Assembly (NCBI GenBank): GCA_016235455.1
Contig: JACRKZ010000081.1
Location: forward strand, 1-33,480
Length of the DNA stretch: 33,480 bases
Reading direction: 5' to 3'
From: Armatimonadota bacterium
GTDB taxonomy: Bacteria > Armatimonadota > UBA10988
The notes under the pieces are model-generated. The model ran no database searches, was not told the DNA's origin, and saw nothing but the letters and a program-made list of their open reading frames with translations. A program made the position numbers and the translations under genes. Shown one piece after another: positions 12,614-20,451 of this stretch (position 1 is the first letter of the stretch; the number at the start of each line of letters is the position of its first letter).

Positions 12614-12925
12614 CTACACGGGTACGCCCATCATCGCCAACAACTGCTTACCTTCCTCGGTGGCCATCGAGGGCATCCAGGGCGGCGACCAGACGAGGTT
12701 CACCGTGGACTCCTCAATGCTCTCCAGCGACAGGACGGCATTGCGTACCTGCGCCACGAGTTCGCCCGCCAAGGGACAGCCGACGCTGGTCAGGGTCAGG
12801 TCGACCACCACCGCCGGGCCATCGATGGACACGCCGTAGACCAGACCCAGGTCCACGATGTTGACCGGGATCTCAGGGTCATAGCAGGTCTGCAGCACTT
12901 CATAAACCGCTTGTTCAGTCACCAT
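12614..12925 (-). CDS. sufT: DUF59/SufT-type Fe-S cluster assembly factor
   Basis: DPEIPVNIVDLGLVY...LTLTSVGCP...VWSPPW is the DUF59 signature; start MVTEQ at 12925. Confidence 0.88.
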   Translation of the reverse strand: MVTEQAVYEVLQTCYDPEIPVNIVDLGLVYGVSIDGPAVVVDLTLTSVGCPLAGELVAQVRNAVLSLESIEESTVNLVWSPPWMPSMATEEGKQLLAMMGVPV

Positions 12926-12935
12926 GGCTACCACG

Positions 12936-13520
12936 CTACTCCGCGCCAACCGTGGGCAGGCAAAGGTCCGCGTCGAACCCCGCGCAATGCACGGCACACA
13001 GGTCGTTATGATCCACGCCGCAGCGCAGACAGGCGATGTCGCCTTCTCTCTGGCTGACCAGAGCCGACAGCAGGAACTGCCTCAGCCCGTGCGTCAACGC
13101 GGCTCGGTCCGGCTCGCCCATGCGCTCCAGCACGCCCGCCACGCGCCGGTCGATCTCGGCCCGCACCACGCGCACCAGATCGTGACCGGCCGCCGTGCTC
13201 GTCAGCCGCACCGTGCGCCGGTCACTGCCGCGACCACGCTGCACCAACGGCACCCGCCGCTCTTCGCTCAGGCCCCGAACCGCCTTGGTCACCGCCGCGC
13301 TCGACATGCGCAAGCCGTCGGCGACCTCCTTGACGGTCGGCAATTCATGACGGTCAATGTACCGCAAAACCTCAAACTGTGAGCAGGTTATCGATTCCCG
13401 GCCGCCGTCAGCCACCGGAATCACCGCCGCCGCATACACTTCCTCGGCCACGCCGAGCGAGACCAGCCGGACCAACTGGCTCAGCATTTTGGCCGTCTCG
13501 ACGTTGCTCGTTGTCTCCAT
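12936..13520 (-). CDS. MarR-family winged-helix regulator with C-terminal Cys/His cluster; first gene of the suf operon
   Basis: MarR-like core (ITCSQFEVLRYI...TVKEVADGLRMSSAAVTKAVRGL...LVQR...DRRTVRLTSTAAG) and tail CLRCGVDHNDLCAVHCAGFDADLC. GGAG RBS before ATG 13520. Confidence 0.85.
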   Translation of the reverse strand: METTSNVETAKMLSQLVRLVSLGVAEEVYAAAVIPVADGGRESITCSQFEVLRYIDRHELPTVKEVADGLRMSSAAVTKAVRGLSEERRVPLVQRGRGSDRRTVRLTSTAAGHDLVRVVRAEIDRRVAGVLERMGEPDRAALTHGLRQFLLSALVSQREGDIACLRCGVDHNDLCAVHCAGFDADLCLPTVGAE

Positions 13521-13558
13521 GGCGTCTCCCACCCAGACTCTCGACTCGCTGAATTGCA

Positions 13559-13598
13559 TAACCAAGTTAAGTATCTGTCTGGCGCGCAGACCTGTCAA
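13559..13598 (-). promoter_or_regulatory. suf operon promoter with an adjacent operator-like palindrome
   Basis: Minus strand TTGACA (13593-13598), 17-nt spacer, GATACT (13570-13575), immediately followed by TAAC-TTG-GTTA (13559-13569) in an AT-rich patch. Confidence 0.65.
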
Positions 13599-13757
13599 CA
13601 AGAGCGTGGGCAGCGGGTGCGGGTCACGGCCTGCCGCCGCGACCCGCGGCGTAGGACGCCGGGCGTGCGGCGCGCCCATTGGGCGACCCGGCACAGCGGC
13701 GTACGTACGGCAAGGCGTGCCGTGGCGGCTGATCGAGGGAGGCGAGGGGCGAAGGCT

Positions 13758-13791
13758 GGATCGGCGCGGTGCGAGCGCACCGCGCCGATCC
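13758..13791. terminator. perfect GC-rich inverted repeat; probable terminator of the oxidoreductase/isomerase pair
   Basis: GGATCGGCGCGGTGCG-AG-CGCACCGCGCCGATCC, about 10 nt downstream of the stop at 13801; no U-tract. Confidence 0.6.
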
Positions 13792-13800
13792 TCGCTGTGG

Positions 13801-14598
13801 CTAGGCCAGGAACTGGCTGATGTAGCGCGCCGAGAGGGTGACGCACTTGTACTTGAGCTCGCCGCGGCTCCACTTCGCGCCGTGCGGCTCGATGGTCAGA
13901 TAGCCATCGTAGCCGTGCTCATGCAGGAAGCAGAAGACCTTGCCCCACTCGATGCAGCCCATGCCGGCCGCGGGCTGGGCGGCCAGCTTGCCGCCCAGGT
14001 AGAGGTGCTCCTTGATGTGCATGTGCGTGACCTTGTCCCCATGCTGCCACAGGAAGCCCAGGTAGTCCCAGCCGTCGTGGCACAGGTTGGCCGGGTCGCA
14101 CTTGATGCCCACCTCGGGGAACTGCCGCCACAGGCTGACGTAGCTGGCCGGCGTTTCGGTGAACGTGTTGCCGTGCACCGCATAGATGGCCAGCTTCATG
14201 CCCGCTGTCTTGATGCGGTCCAGGTACGGCGGGAAGACCTCGGCGAAGGCGGCGACGTTCTGCTCGGTGCTGTTCTGGGGTTGGTTGCCCGCGCTGGTGA
14301 TGACCACGCCGGCGCCCAGCATCTCTCCGAACGTCACTAGCCGGTCAAGTTGCTCCAGGGCCGCGGCGCGCTCCGCGGCGTCCAGGGCGGTGTGGTTCCA
14401 GCCCCACAGCCCGAGCGTGGAGCACTCCACGCCGTACTTGTCGAGGATAGCGCGCATCTGCTTGACATAGTCAGGCGTCAGATCCTTGAACGAACCCCAG
14501 TGGTTGAACTCCAGGCCGGCCAGTCCGTGCTCGGCGCAGAACCGCGCGTCGGCTTCGATGGTCGGCAGGTCGTTGTCCGCAATGAAACCGATCTTCAT
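13801..14598 (-). CDS. sugar phosphate isomerase/epimerase (xylose isomerase-like TIM barrel, IolE/AP-endonuclease-2 family)
   Basis: Motifs GLEF, GIKCDPANL, HMHIKE, GMGCIEW and GYDGYLTIEPH; 2 nt from the Gfo/Idh/MocA gene. Confidence 0.85.
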   Translation of the reverse strand: MKIGFIADNDLPTIEADARFCAEHGLAGLEFNHWGSFKDLTPDYVKQMRAILDKYGVECSTLGLWGWNHTALDAAERAAALEQLDRLVTFGEMLGAGVVITSAGNQPQNSTEQNVAAFAEVFPPYLDRIKTAGMKLAIYAVHGNTFTETPASYVSLWRQFPEVGIKCDPANLCHDGWDYLGFLWQHGDKVTHMHIKEHLYLGGKLAAQPAAGMGCIEWGKVFCFLHEHGYDGYLTIEPHGAKWSRGELKYKCVTLSARYISQFLA

Positions 14599-14600
14599 GG

Positions 14601-15644
14601 TTACTCTCCCTTGACTCGGACTTCACGGCCGGTCTCGGCGCTCTTGAGCAGGGCTTCGAGCATCTCCTGGACGATCATGCCGTGGCGCAGCGGCGCGGCG
14701 CAGGGCGTGCCGTCGAGGATCGAGTCGATGAAGTGCGACGCGATGTTGTCCCAGGCCTCGGGGCCCTTGGGCAGGTTGACCGTGGTGTCCTGCGGCGCGC
14801 CGTCCACCGTCTTGTAGAAGCGCAGGGGCGACATGGTCGCGCCGGCCTCGGTGCCGAACAGCTCAATCTGGAAGTCGCCGGGCATATGGCTGGCCCAGAA
14901 GCTCTCCACCTGAAGTCCGGCGCCGTTGGCGAAGCGAACGAACCCTCCGCCGTAGTCGTCGCAGTCGTACAGGCTGTAGACCTTCTTGTCGGGCTTCTGG
15001 AAGTCCCAGTAGCCCTCGCCGCGCGGGCCGAACTTGGCGCCGGCCACGCCGCTGACGCTGACCGGGTGCGGCAGACCCATGATCCACCAAGCGCAGTCGA
15101 GCACGTGCACGCCCATGTCGCGAAAGGCGCCGCCGCCTTTCTGGATGAAGCCCATGTTCCACGCGGGAATGCCGGCGCGGCGCACGCTGCGGGCGCGGCC
15201 GTAGTACAGCTCGCCGAACTCACCGGCCACGCGTCGGCCGCCCAGGTACTGCGCTTCGTTGGAGTAGCGGGTGGAGAGCGACATCATGCCGACGACGCCG
15301 GCCGCCTCCTGGGCTTCCACCAGCCGGCGGGCGGCGCTCAGCGAGTCGCTCAGCGGCTTGGTGATGAGCACATGCTTGTCGTGCTTCACGGCTTCCAGCG
15401 CGACGGGGACGTGGTATTGGTTCGGCGTGCCCACGAAGATGGCATCGATCTCGGGGTCGGCACACATCTTCTTGTAGTCGGTGAACCGCCGCACCGGCTC
15501 GGGCAACGCCTTGGCGAAGTCGTCCATGCGGTCGGGCTCGAGATCACATAGCGCGACCACGCGACCGCGGGCGTGGCGCGAGACAGCCAAGGCATTCGGC
15601 CGGCCAATACCCATACCGACCACGCCGAGGCGAACTTCCTTCAT
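14601..15644 (-). CDS. Gfo/Idh/MocA family NAD(P)-dependent oxidoreductase
   Basis: Rossmann motif GVVGMGIG, IDAIFVGTPNQYH, KHVLITKP (EKP variant) and GGGAFRDMGVHVLD. Confidence 0.92.
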   Translation of the reverse strand: MKEVRLGVVGMGIGRPNALAVSRHARGRVVALCDLEPDRMDDFAKALPEPVRRFTDYKKMCADPEIDAIFVGTPNQYHVPVALEAVKHDKHVLITKPLSDSLSAARRLVEAQEAAGVVGMMSLSTRYSNEAQYLGGRRVAGEFGELYYGRARSVRRAGIPAWNMGFIQKGGGAFRDMGVHVLDCAWWIMGLPHPVSVSGVAGAKFGPRGEGYWDFQKPDKKVYSLYDCDDYGGGFVRFANGAGLQVESFWASHMPGDFQIELFGTEAGATMSPLRFYKTVDGAPQDTTVNLPKGPEAWDNIASHFIDSILDGTPCAAPLRHGMIVQEMLEALLKSAETGREVRVKGE

Positions 15645-15716
15645 GCTGGTTCCTCCACTGCTGGGCGCGGGTTCGGCGGGAGGTTCAGCGTTCCTTCAGG
15701 GGTGGTGGGGCGAAGA

Positions 15717-16157
15717 TCAGTGCTGGACGAGCGACACGCGACCCAGCCCGCCGTCAGGCCTGAAGTCCAGTTCCAGCGTGTACGGGTCCATGGCCAACCG
15801 CCCATCGATCTGTGGACCCAGGTGGTAGATCCACAGCTGCCCGGCGGGATCCACCCAGTCTGGCTTGCCGATTAGCTGTGTGACTGCGGCGCGCGAGGCG
15901 CCAACCGGCAGGTGGCGGCGCATCAGGTCGCCCGTCATGTCGCCGCGCGCGTTCGGCCCCGAGGTGTCCGCTACGGCACGCCAAGCCGCGGCGTCGAAGG
16001 CGATGCCCAGCTCATCCACGTCCTGGGCGCGGAGCAAGGCGACAGCCACAACGAGGGTCGGCAGCCCGATGAGGAGCAAGACCAGGGCGAGCCACGCCAC
16101 GCGCGCTGGGCCTGGCGCGTTGGCGATGTGGAACCGCGCTGGCTGTCGACTGCCCAC
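15717..16157 (-). CDS. hypothetical single-pass membrane protein with a BamE/SmpA-like C-terminal motif
   Basis: GGAGG RBS before GTG 16157; hydrophobic helix VAWLALVLLLIGLPTLVVAVALL; FDAAAWR...RGDMTGDL...VGASRAAVTQLIGKPD...WIYHLG...LELDF. Confidence 0.65.
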   Translation of the reverse strand: MGSRQPARFHIANAPGPARVAWLALVLLLIGLPTLVVAVALLRAQDVDELGIAFDAAAWRAVADTSGPNARGDMTGDLMRRHLPVGASRAAVTQLIGKPDWVDPAGQLWIYHLGPQIDGRLAMDPYTLELDFRPDGGLGRVSLVQH

Positions 16158-16178
16158 GATGCCTCCCCTTGAGGGCGG

Positions 16179-16207
16179 ATTGTAGCCTGGCGGGGTGCCC
16201 AAGGCAA
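16179..16207 (-). promoter_or_regulatory. sigma70-type promoter for the 15717..16157 gene (possibly reading through into the oxidoreductase pair)
   Basis: Minus strand TTGCCT (16202-16207), 17-nt spacer, TACAAT (16179-16184). Confidence 0.55.
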
Positions 16208-16266
16208 CGGTGCGCGGCAAGTCGTTCGGCGCCGAGGTGGTCCGTCCACGGGCCAGGCCGGCGCTC

Positions 16267-16295
16267 TTGCCTGGCCACGGCGCCCGCGCTATGGT
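16267..16295 (+). promoter_or_regulatory. possible divergent promoter for the GH5-like gene
   Basis: TTGCCT (16267-16272), 17-nt spacer, TATGGT (16290-16295). Confidence 0.4.
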
Positions 16296-16314
16296 CCTCT
16301 ATGGAGCACCACCC

Positions 16315-17409
16315 ATGCCGCTGCGCGCGCTGACACTCGTAGTCCTGGTGGCCACCGGTCTGTCCGCCGCGCCCATGCCGCCGATCCGCGTCGCGCCGAA
16401 CCAACGCGGCTTCGTCACACCCTCCGGCCAGCCCTTCCACCCTTGGGGCGTCAACTACGACCGCGACTACCGCAGCCGCCTCCTCGAGGACTACTGGGAC
16501 GCCGAATGGCCGGCCATCGCCGGGGACTTCGCCGAGATGAAGGCGCTCGGCGCGAACGTCGTGCGCCTCCATCTGCAGTTCGGCCGCTTCATGACCGACG
16601 CGGTCACGCCTAACGACCACGCGCTGGCGCAGCTTGCGCGGCTGCTGGCGCTGGCCGAGAAGACCGGTCTGTACCTTGACCTGACCGGCCTGGCCTGCTA
16701 CCGCCGCGCCGACGTACCAGCCTGGTATGCCGCCCTGGACGAGGGCCAGCGCTGGTCCGCGCAGGAGCGGTTCTGGGAGGCGGTGGCCCGGACCTGCGCG
16801 GCCAGCCCGGCGGTCTTCTGCTACGACTTGGCCAACGAGCCCATCGTGCCGGGCGTCGCCCGCGAGGCTGGCGACTGGCTGATCGGCGATCTGGGCGGCC
16901 TGGTCTATTGCCAGTTCATCACGCTGGACCCCGCGGGCCGCGCCACGCCGGACGTCGCCAAGGCCTGGATCGGTCGCCTGGCGGCCGCCATCCGCCGCCA
17001 CGACCCCCAGCGACTGGTGACCGTCGGGCTGCTGCCCAACGCGGCGCAGGTAGGGTTCCCGCCGTGGCTGGTCACGGGCGATCTGGACTTCGTGGCTGTG
17101 CACGTCTACCCGGCCACGGACCACCTGGCCGAGGACCGCCGCAACCTGGCACGGTTCGCCGTCGGCAAGCCGGTGGTGGTCGAGGAGACCTTCCCACTGG
17201 GCTGTAGCGCGGAGCAGTTGGCCCAGTTCATGCGCGAGACCAGCGGGCTGGTCAGCGGCTGGATCGGCTTCTACTGGGGCCAGACGCCGGCGCAATTGCG
17301 CCCGCCGAAGGATATGGGCGAGGCGCTGACGTTGGCGTGGTTGGAGCTGTTCGCGGAAGGCGGGCCTTGGCCGGCACCGAGGATGGCCAGGTTGAGGACG
17401 ATCCGCTAG
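16315..17409 (+). CDS. secreted clan GH-A (GH5/cellulase-like) glycoside hydrolase
   Basis: Signal peptide MPLRALTLVVLVATGLSA; FHPWGVNY, LGANVVRLHL, acid/base YDLANEP, VHVYP and nucleophile region KPVVVEETF. Confidence 0.85.
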   Translation: MPLRALTLVVLVATGLSAAPMPPIRVAPNQRGFVTPSGQPFHPWGVNYDRDYRSRLLEDYWDAEWPAIAGDFAEMKALGANVVRLHLQFGRFMTDAVTPNDHALAQLARLLALAEKTGLYLDLTGLACYRRADVPAWYAALDEGQRWSAQERFWEAVARTCAASPAVFCYDLANEPIVPGVAREAGDWLIGDLGGLVYCQFITLDPAGRATPDVAKAWIGRLAAAIRRHDPQRLVTVGLLPNAAQVGFPPWLVTGDLDFVAVHVYPATDHLAEDRRNLARFAVGKPVVVEETFPLGCSAEQLAQFMRETSGLVSGWIGFYWGQTPAQLRPPKDMGEALTLAWLELFAEGGPWPAPRMARLRTIR

Positions 17410-17507
17410 CCGCAGACGCGAGGTCTGATGTTACGCCAATCGTAACCGCAGGGGTAAACACCGCGCCCGCGCGTGCGATATGCTCAGACGAGTGGGAGAG
17501 CGACACC

Positions 17508-18326
17508 GTGAAGAAGGCGTGTCTGGTGCTTGGTCTGATGGCCGCAGCCGGTTGCTTCGGCGCCGGCCTCGACTCCATCGCCGCCGGCCTGGCCGCCGCG
17601 CCGCCGGTGACGCTGCATCCGGCACTCGACGTGATGCGCCTGGCCACGGCCCCAGCCGACCTGGTTGCGCCGCGCGCCTTCATGGCCGACGCGGCCAAGG
17701 CGCGGCGCCGGATCGACACGGTCATGGCGCCCTGGACCACGCCTTGCCCCAAGCTCAAGGGCTCCTGGGTGCGTTGGCTCAACCCCGCGGGCAGTGTCGC
17801 CCAGATCCTCTTCCCCGCCACCCAGCTGCGCCTGGCCGACGCGGATCTGGCCGCGCAGATCGCCGCCGCACGCGCGGACCGCGCCACCACGCTGGGCATC
17901 GAGGCGCAGTTGGTCAGCGAGGGCAAGGCCACCTGGCTCAATCCGCTGACCACGCCCACGGGCGACCGGACCATGCTCGAGGGCCTGCGCTTCGTGCTAT
18001 CCGTCGACGATGTCACCTTCATCCAGGTGGCCGTGCCGCCGACGGTGACCATCACCGACAAGCAGCGTGGCCTCTGGACCGGCGTGTTCGGCGGGCCGAA
18101 GTCGCGCACCGACTACATCGCTGCGGTCAAGGTCACCTTCCCGCTGCGCGATGCCAACCAAGTGCCGCTGATCACCGACCAGGCCAAGACGCTGGCGCTG
18201 CTGCTGGTCGGCCCCGATGGCGATGTGGACAAGGTGCCCATGGACCTGAGCAAGCTGCCGGCCACGCTGCCGGTGCTGCCCCCGCCTCCCGTCACGCCGG
18301 CGCCAGCCGCGGCGACTCCTCGCTGA
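17508..18326 (+). CDS. secreted hypothetical protein with a Pro/Ala-rich tail
   Basis: GGGAGAG RBS, GTG start, signal peptide MKKACLVLGLMAAAGCFGA, high-GC3 codon usage; no family recognised. Confidence 0.7.
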   Translation: MKKACLVLGLMAAAGCFGAGLDSIAAGLAAAPPVTLHPALDVMRLATAPADLVAPRAFMADAAKARRRIDTVMAPWTTPCPKLKGSWVRWLNPAGSVAQILFPATQLRLADADLAAQIAAARADRATTLGIEAQLVSEGKATWLNPLTTPTGDRTMLEGLRFVLSVDDVTFIQVAVPPTVTITDKQRGLWTGVFGGPKSRTDYIAAVKVTFPLRDANQVPLITDQAKTLALLLVGPDGDVDKVPMDLSKLPATLPVLPPPPVTPAPAAATPR

Positions 18327-18350
18327 TCCGGCCGCTCGTTCTCACCGCGC

Positions 18351-18710
18351 CCTTGGCGCGAACATGCGCTGCCAATACCACGCGAGTTGCCGCGTGACCG
18401 GCTGATTGCCTCTACGGGTGTCTCGGGCTCGGGCATGTCGTCCTTGGCTCTCGACACCATCGGCCGGATGTGGATCTCATCGAGGGGCTTCGCCAGCCAT
18501 CGCCATCGGCCAGAAGACCAGCGACAGCAGCCCGCGCAGCACCGTGGCCACGGTCACCGAGATCCACGGTTATCGGCGCGTGCTCTATGCCCGCCTCGGC
18601 GGCATTGGGTGCTGCGGGCAGCCGGTCGGCCGCCAGACCACTGAGGAGATGACTTAGCGCCTTCTGGCGTTGCCGGCGCATTCGCAAGTGCAACCGCTGG
18701 CACCCCTGGC
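18351..18710 (+). pseudogene. uvrA: decayed duplicate of the uvrA promoter and 5' coding region
   Basis: Aligns by eye to about 20401-20918 ([71 protein letters not shown]). Carries two internal deletions, Walker A K->M, a frameshift and a GAG->TAG stop at 18655-18657. Confidence 0.9.
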
Positions 18711-18797
18711 GCTTGGCAGCAGAAGGCTGATGCCGGATCACGGAGTTTCCCAGCGGCTATACTGACCAACAGGTTGTGGAAGACAACGGCACCCACC

Positions 18798-20378
18798 ATG
18801 AAGCGATCCAACACCCTCCTGACGGCCGCGTTGCTGGCCTTGTCATCTCTGGCCCGCGCCGACGACTCGCTGGTCGTCTATCCGGCGGTGCCAGGGCTCG
18901 CCGCCTCCGAGCATTACCGGGCGCGGGTGCGGTCAGCCGCCGCCGGAAGCCTATGGCAGAGCGCCTTTGCCTGGGAAACCGCGTGCAAGACCATCGAGAA
19001 GGGCACGGACGGCTACTTCGAGACCCTGGCGGGCTGGACGCACACCTACGTGAACTTCGAGACCGCCGGCGCCGTGGTGGTCGAGATCGCGCGCGCCGAT
19101 GGCCAGCCGATCCGCTCCGCGGTCGTGCATCCGCGGCGCAAGGCGTCTGAGTGCGCGGTCCAGGACGGCAAGGCACTTGTCCGACTCGACAAGCCCTGCC
19201 TCGTGGCGGTCGATATTGATGGCCAAATGGACACGCGGGACACGGGCAAGGGTTACAAAGGGCCGCCGATCCACGCCATCTCGCTCTTCGCCAACCCGCC
19301 TGTGGTCGGCAAGCCGAAGCCAGGCGACCCGGGCGTGATGACGGTCAAGCCCGGAGACACACCGCCCTCGGACGGGCCGTGGACCACGCTCTACTTCCTG
19401 CCGGGCGTTCACGACATCGGGCTGGCCTTCCCGCTTCACGCGAATCGCCAGTACTACATCCCCGGCGACTCCATGGTGTACGGCACGCTATCCAACCGCA
19501 AGTGGGCAGATGGCCACCACATCCGCGTCTTCGGCCTTGGCACCCTGTCGGGTGCTCGCCTTAAGCATCCCGAGTACGTCCAGCCGCCGGTTGCTGGCGG
19601 TGACCACGTGACCTACCGCCCGATAGAGGTGGTGGGCACCACTGACACGCGGGTGGAAGGCATCACCATTGCCGACTCAGCCACGCACTCGCTCATGCTG
19701 GTGCATCCGTACCTGAAGGACCATCCCAACGAGGTCAGGTGGACCAAGATCTTCACCTGGCGGAGGAATGGTGACGGCATCAATCCCTTCGGCAACACGC
19801 TGATCGAGGACTGCTTCATCCGCACCCAAGACGACTCGCTCTACGTGAGCGGCCTGGGCATCCGCCGCACCGTGCTGTGGAACGACGCCAACGGCTCGTC
19901 GTTCGTGCTGAGCAGCCTGCCTCAACTCACCGACCGACAACTGGTGGTGGAGGACTGCGACGTCATCTACAGCCGTGCCATGTGGCACCAGTGGAGCGGC
20001 GGCCGGGTGTTCAACATGCGCGGCGAGGGTGGCCGCCCGGCCGGTGCCGGCGTGATCTTCCGCAACATCAACATCGAGGATCCGCGGCCGACGCTGCAGC
20101 AGTTCTTCGTCTGCATGACCGTGCCGCCGCCCTACTCAGGGCAGGAGCGGAAGCGCGCCGCCGGCGACCTGTCGGCCGTCCTCTTTCAGAACATCGCCAT
20201 CGCCGCGCCCAGCGTGCTGGGCGAACCGCAGATGCTGTGGGGCCTGGCCGCCGCGCGCATCCGTGGTCTCATCTTTGAGAACCTGACGGTCGGCGGCCAA
20301 CTCGTCACCAATCCCGGATTCTTCAAAGCCAACGAGTTTGTGGACGGGCTCGTCTTCCGGTCTGGCGCCAAGCCGTAG
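18798..20378 (+). CDS. secreted parallel beta-helix glycoside hydrolase (GH49/GH28-like)
   Basis: Signal peptide MKRSNTLLTAALLALSSLARA; LYFLPGVH, YYIPGDSMVYG, GLGTLSG, VEGITI and catalytic-type NGDGI...DCFIRTQDDSLY. Exact family uncertain. Confidence 0.75.
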   Translation: MKRSNTLLTAALLALSSLARADDSLVVYPAVPGLAASEHYRARVRSAAAGSLWQSAFAWETACKTIEKGTDGYFETLAGWTHTYVNFETAGAVVVEIARADGQPIRSAVVHPRRKASECAVQDGKALVRLDKPCLVAVDIDGQMDTRDTGKGYKGPPIHAISLFANPPVVGKPKPGDPGVMTVKPGDTPPSDGPWTTLYFLPGVHDIGLAFPLHANRQYYIPGDSMVYGTLSNRKWADGHHIRVFGLGTLSGARLKHPEYVQPPVAGGDHVTYRPIEVVGTTDTRVEGITIADSATHSLMLVHPYLKDHPNEVRWTKIFTWRRNGDGINPFGNTLIEDCFIRTQDDSLYVSGLGIRRTVLWNDANGSSFVLSSLPQLTDRQLVVEDCDVIYSRAMWHQWSGGRVFNMRGEGGRPAGAGVIFRNINIEDPRPTLQQFFVCMTVPPPYSGQERKRAAGDLSAVLFQNIAIAAPSVLGEPQMLWGLAAARIRGLIFENLTVGGQLVTNPGFFKANEFVDGLVFRSGAKP

Positions 20379-20402
20379 GATGACCCGTGACCCAACTCAC
20401 CC

Positions 20403-20431
20403 TTGACGCAAACATGCGTTTCGGTCACCAT
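20403..20431 (+). promoter_or_regulatory. uvrA promoter with a DinR/LexA-type SOS box in the spacer
   Basis: TTGACG (20403-20408), 17-nt spacer, CACCAT (weak -10). The spacer contains CAAACATGCGTTTC (20409-20422), a 13/14 match to the Gram-positive consensus CGAACRNRYGTTYC. Confidence 0.65.
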
Positions 20432-20451
20432 GAGGGTTGGCGAGGTGCGGG

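Noticed and set aside
13521-13694. N-terminal extension of the MarR ORF, and similar long extensions in ORFs 16195, 17337, 26361, 12997 and 9159
   Set aside because: These cross promoters or neighbouring genes; downstream starts have RBSs, signal peptides or family-typical N-termini.
18387-18657. Small ORFs 18387..18644 and 18406..18657 as independent genes
   Set aside because: They are frame fragments of the decayed uvrA copy.
18351-20450. Active mobile element or prophage at uvrA
   Set aside because: No integrase, transposase, terminal inverted repeats or phage genes; only a decayed direct repeat remains.
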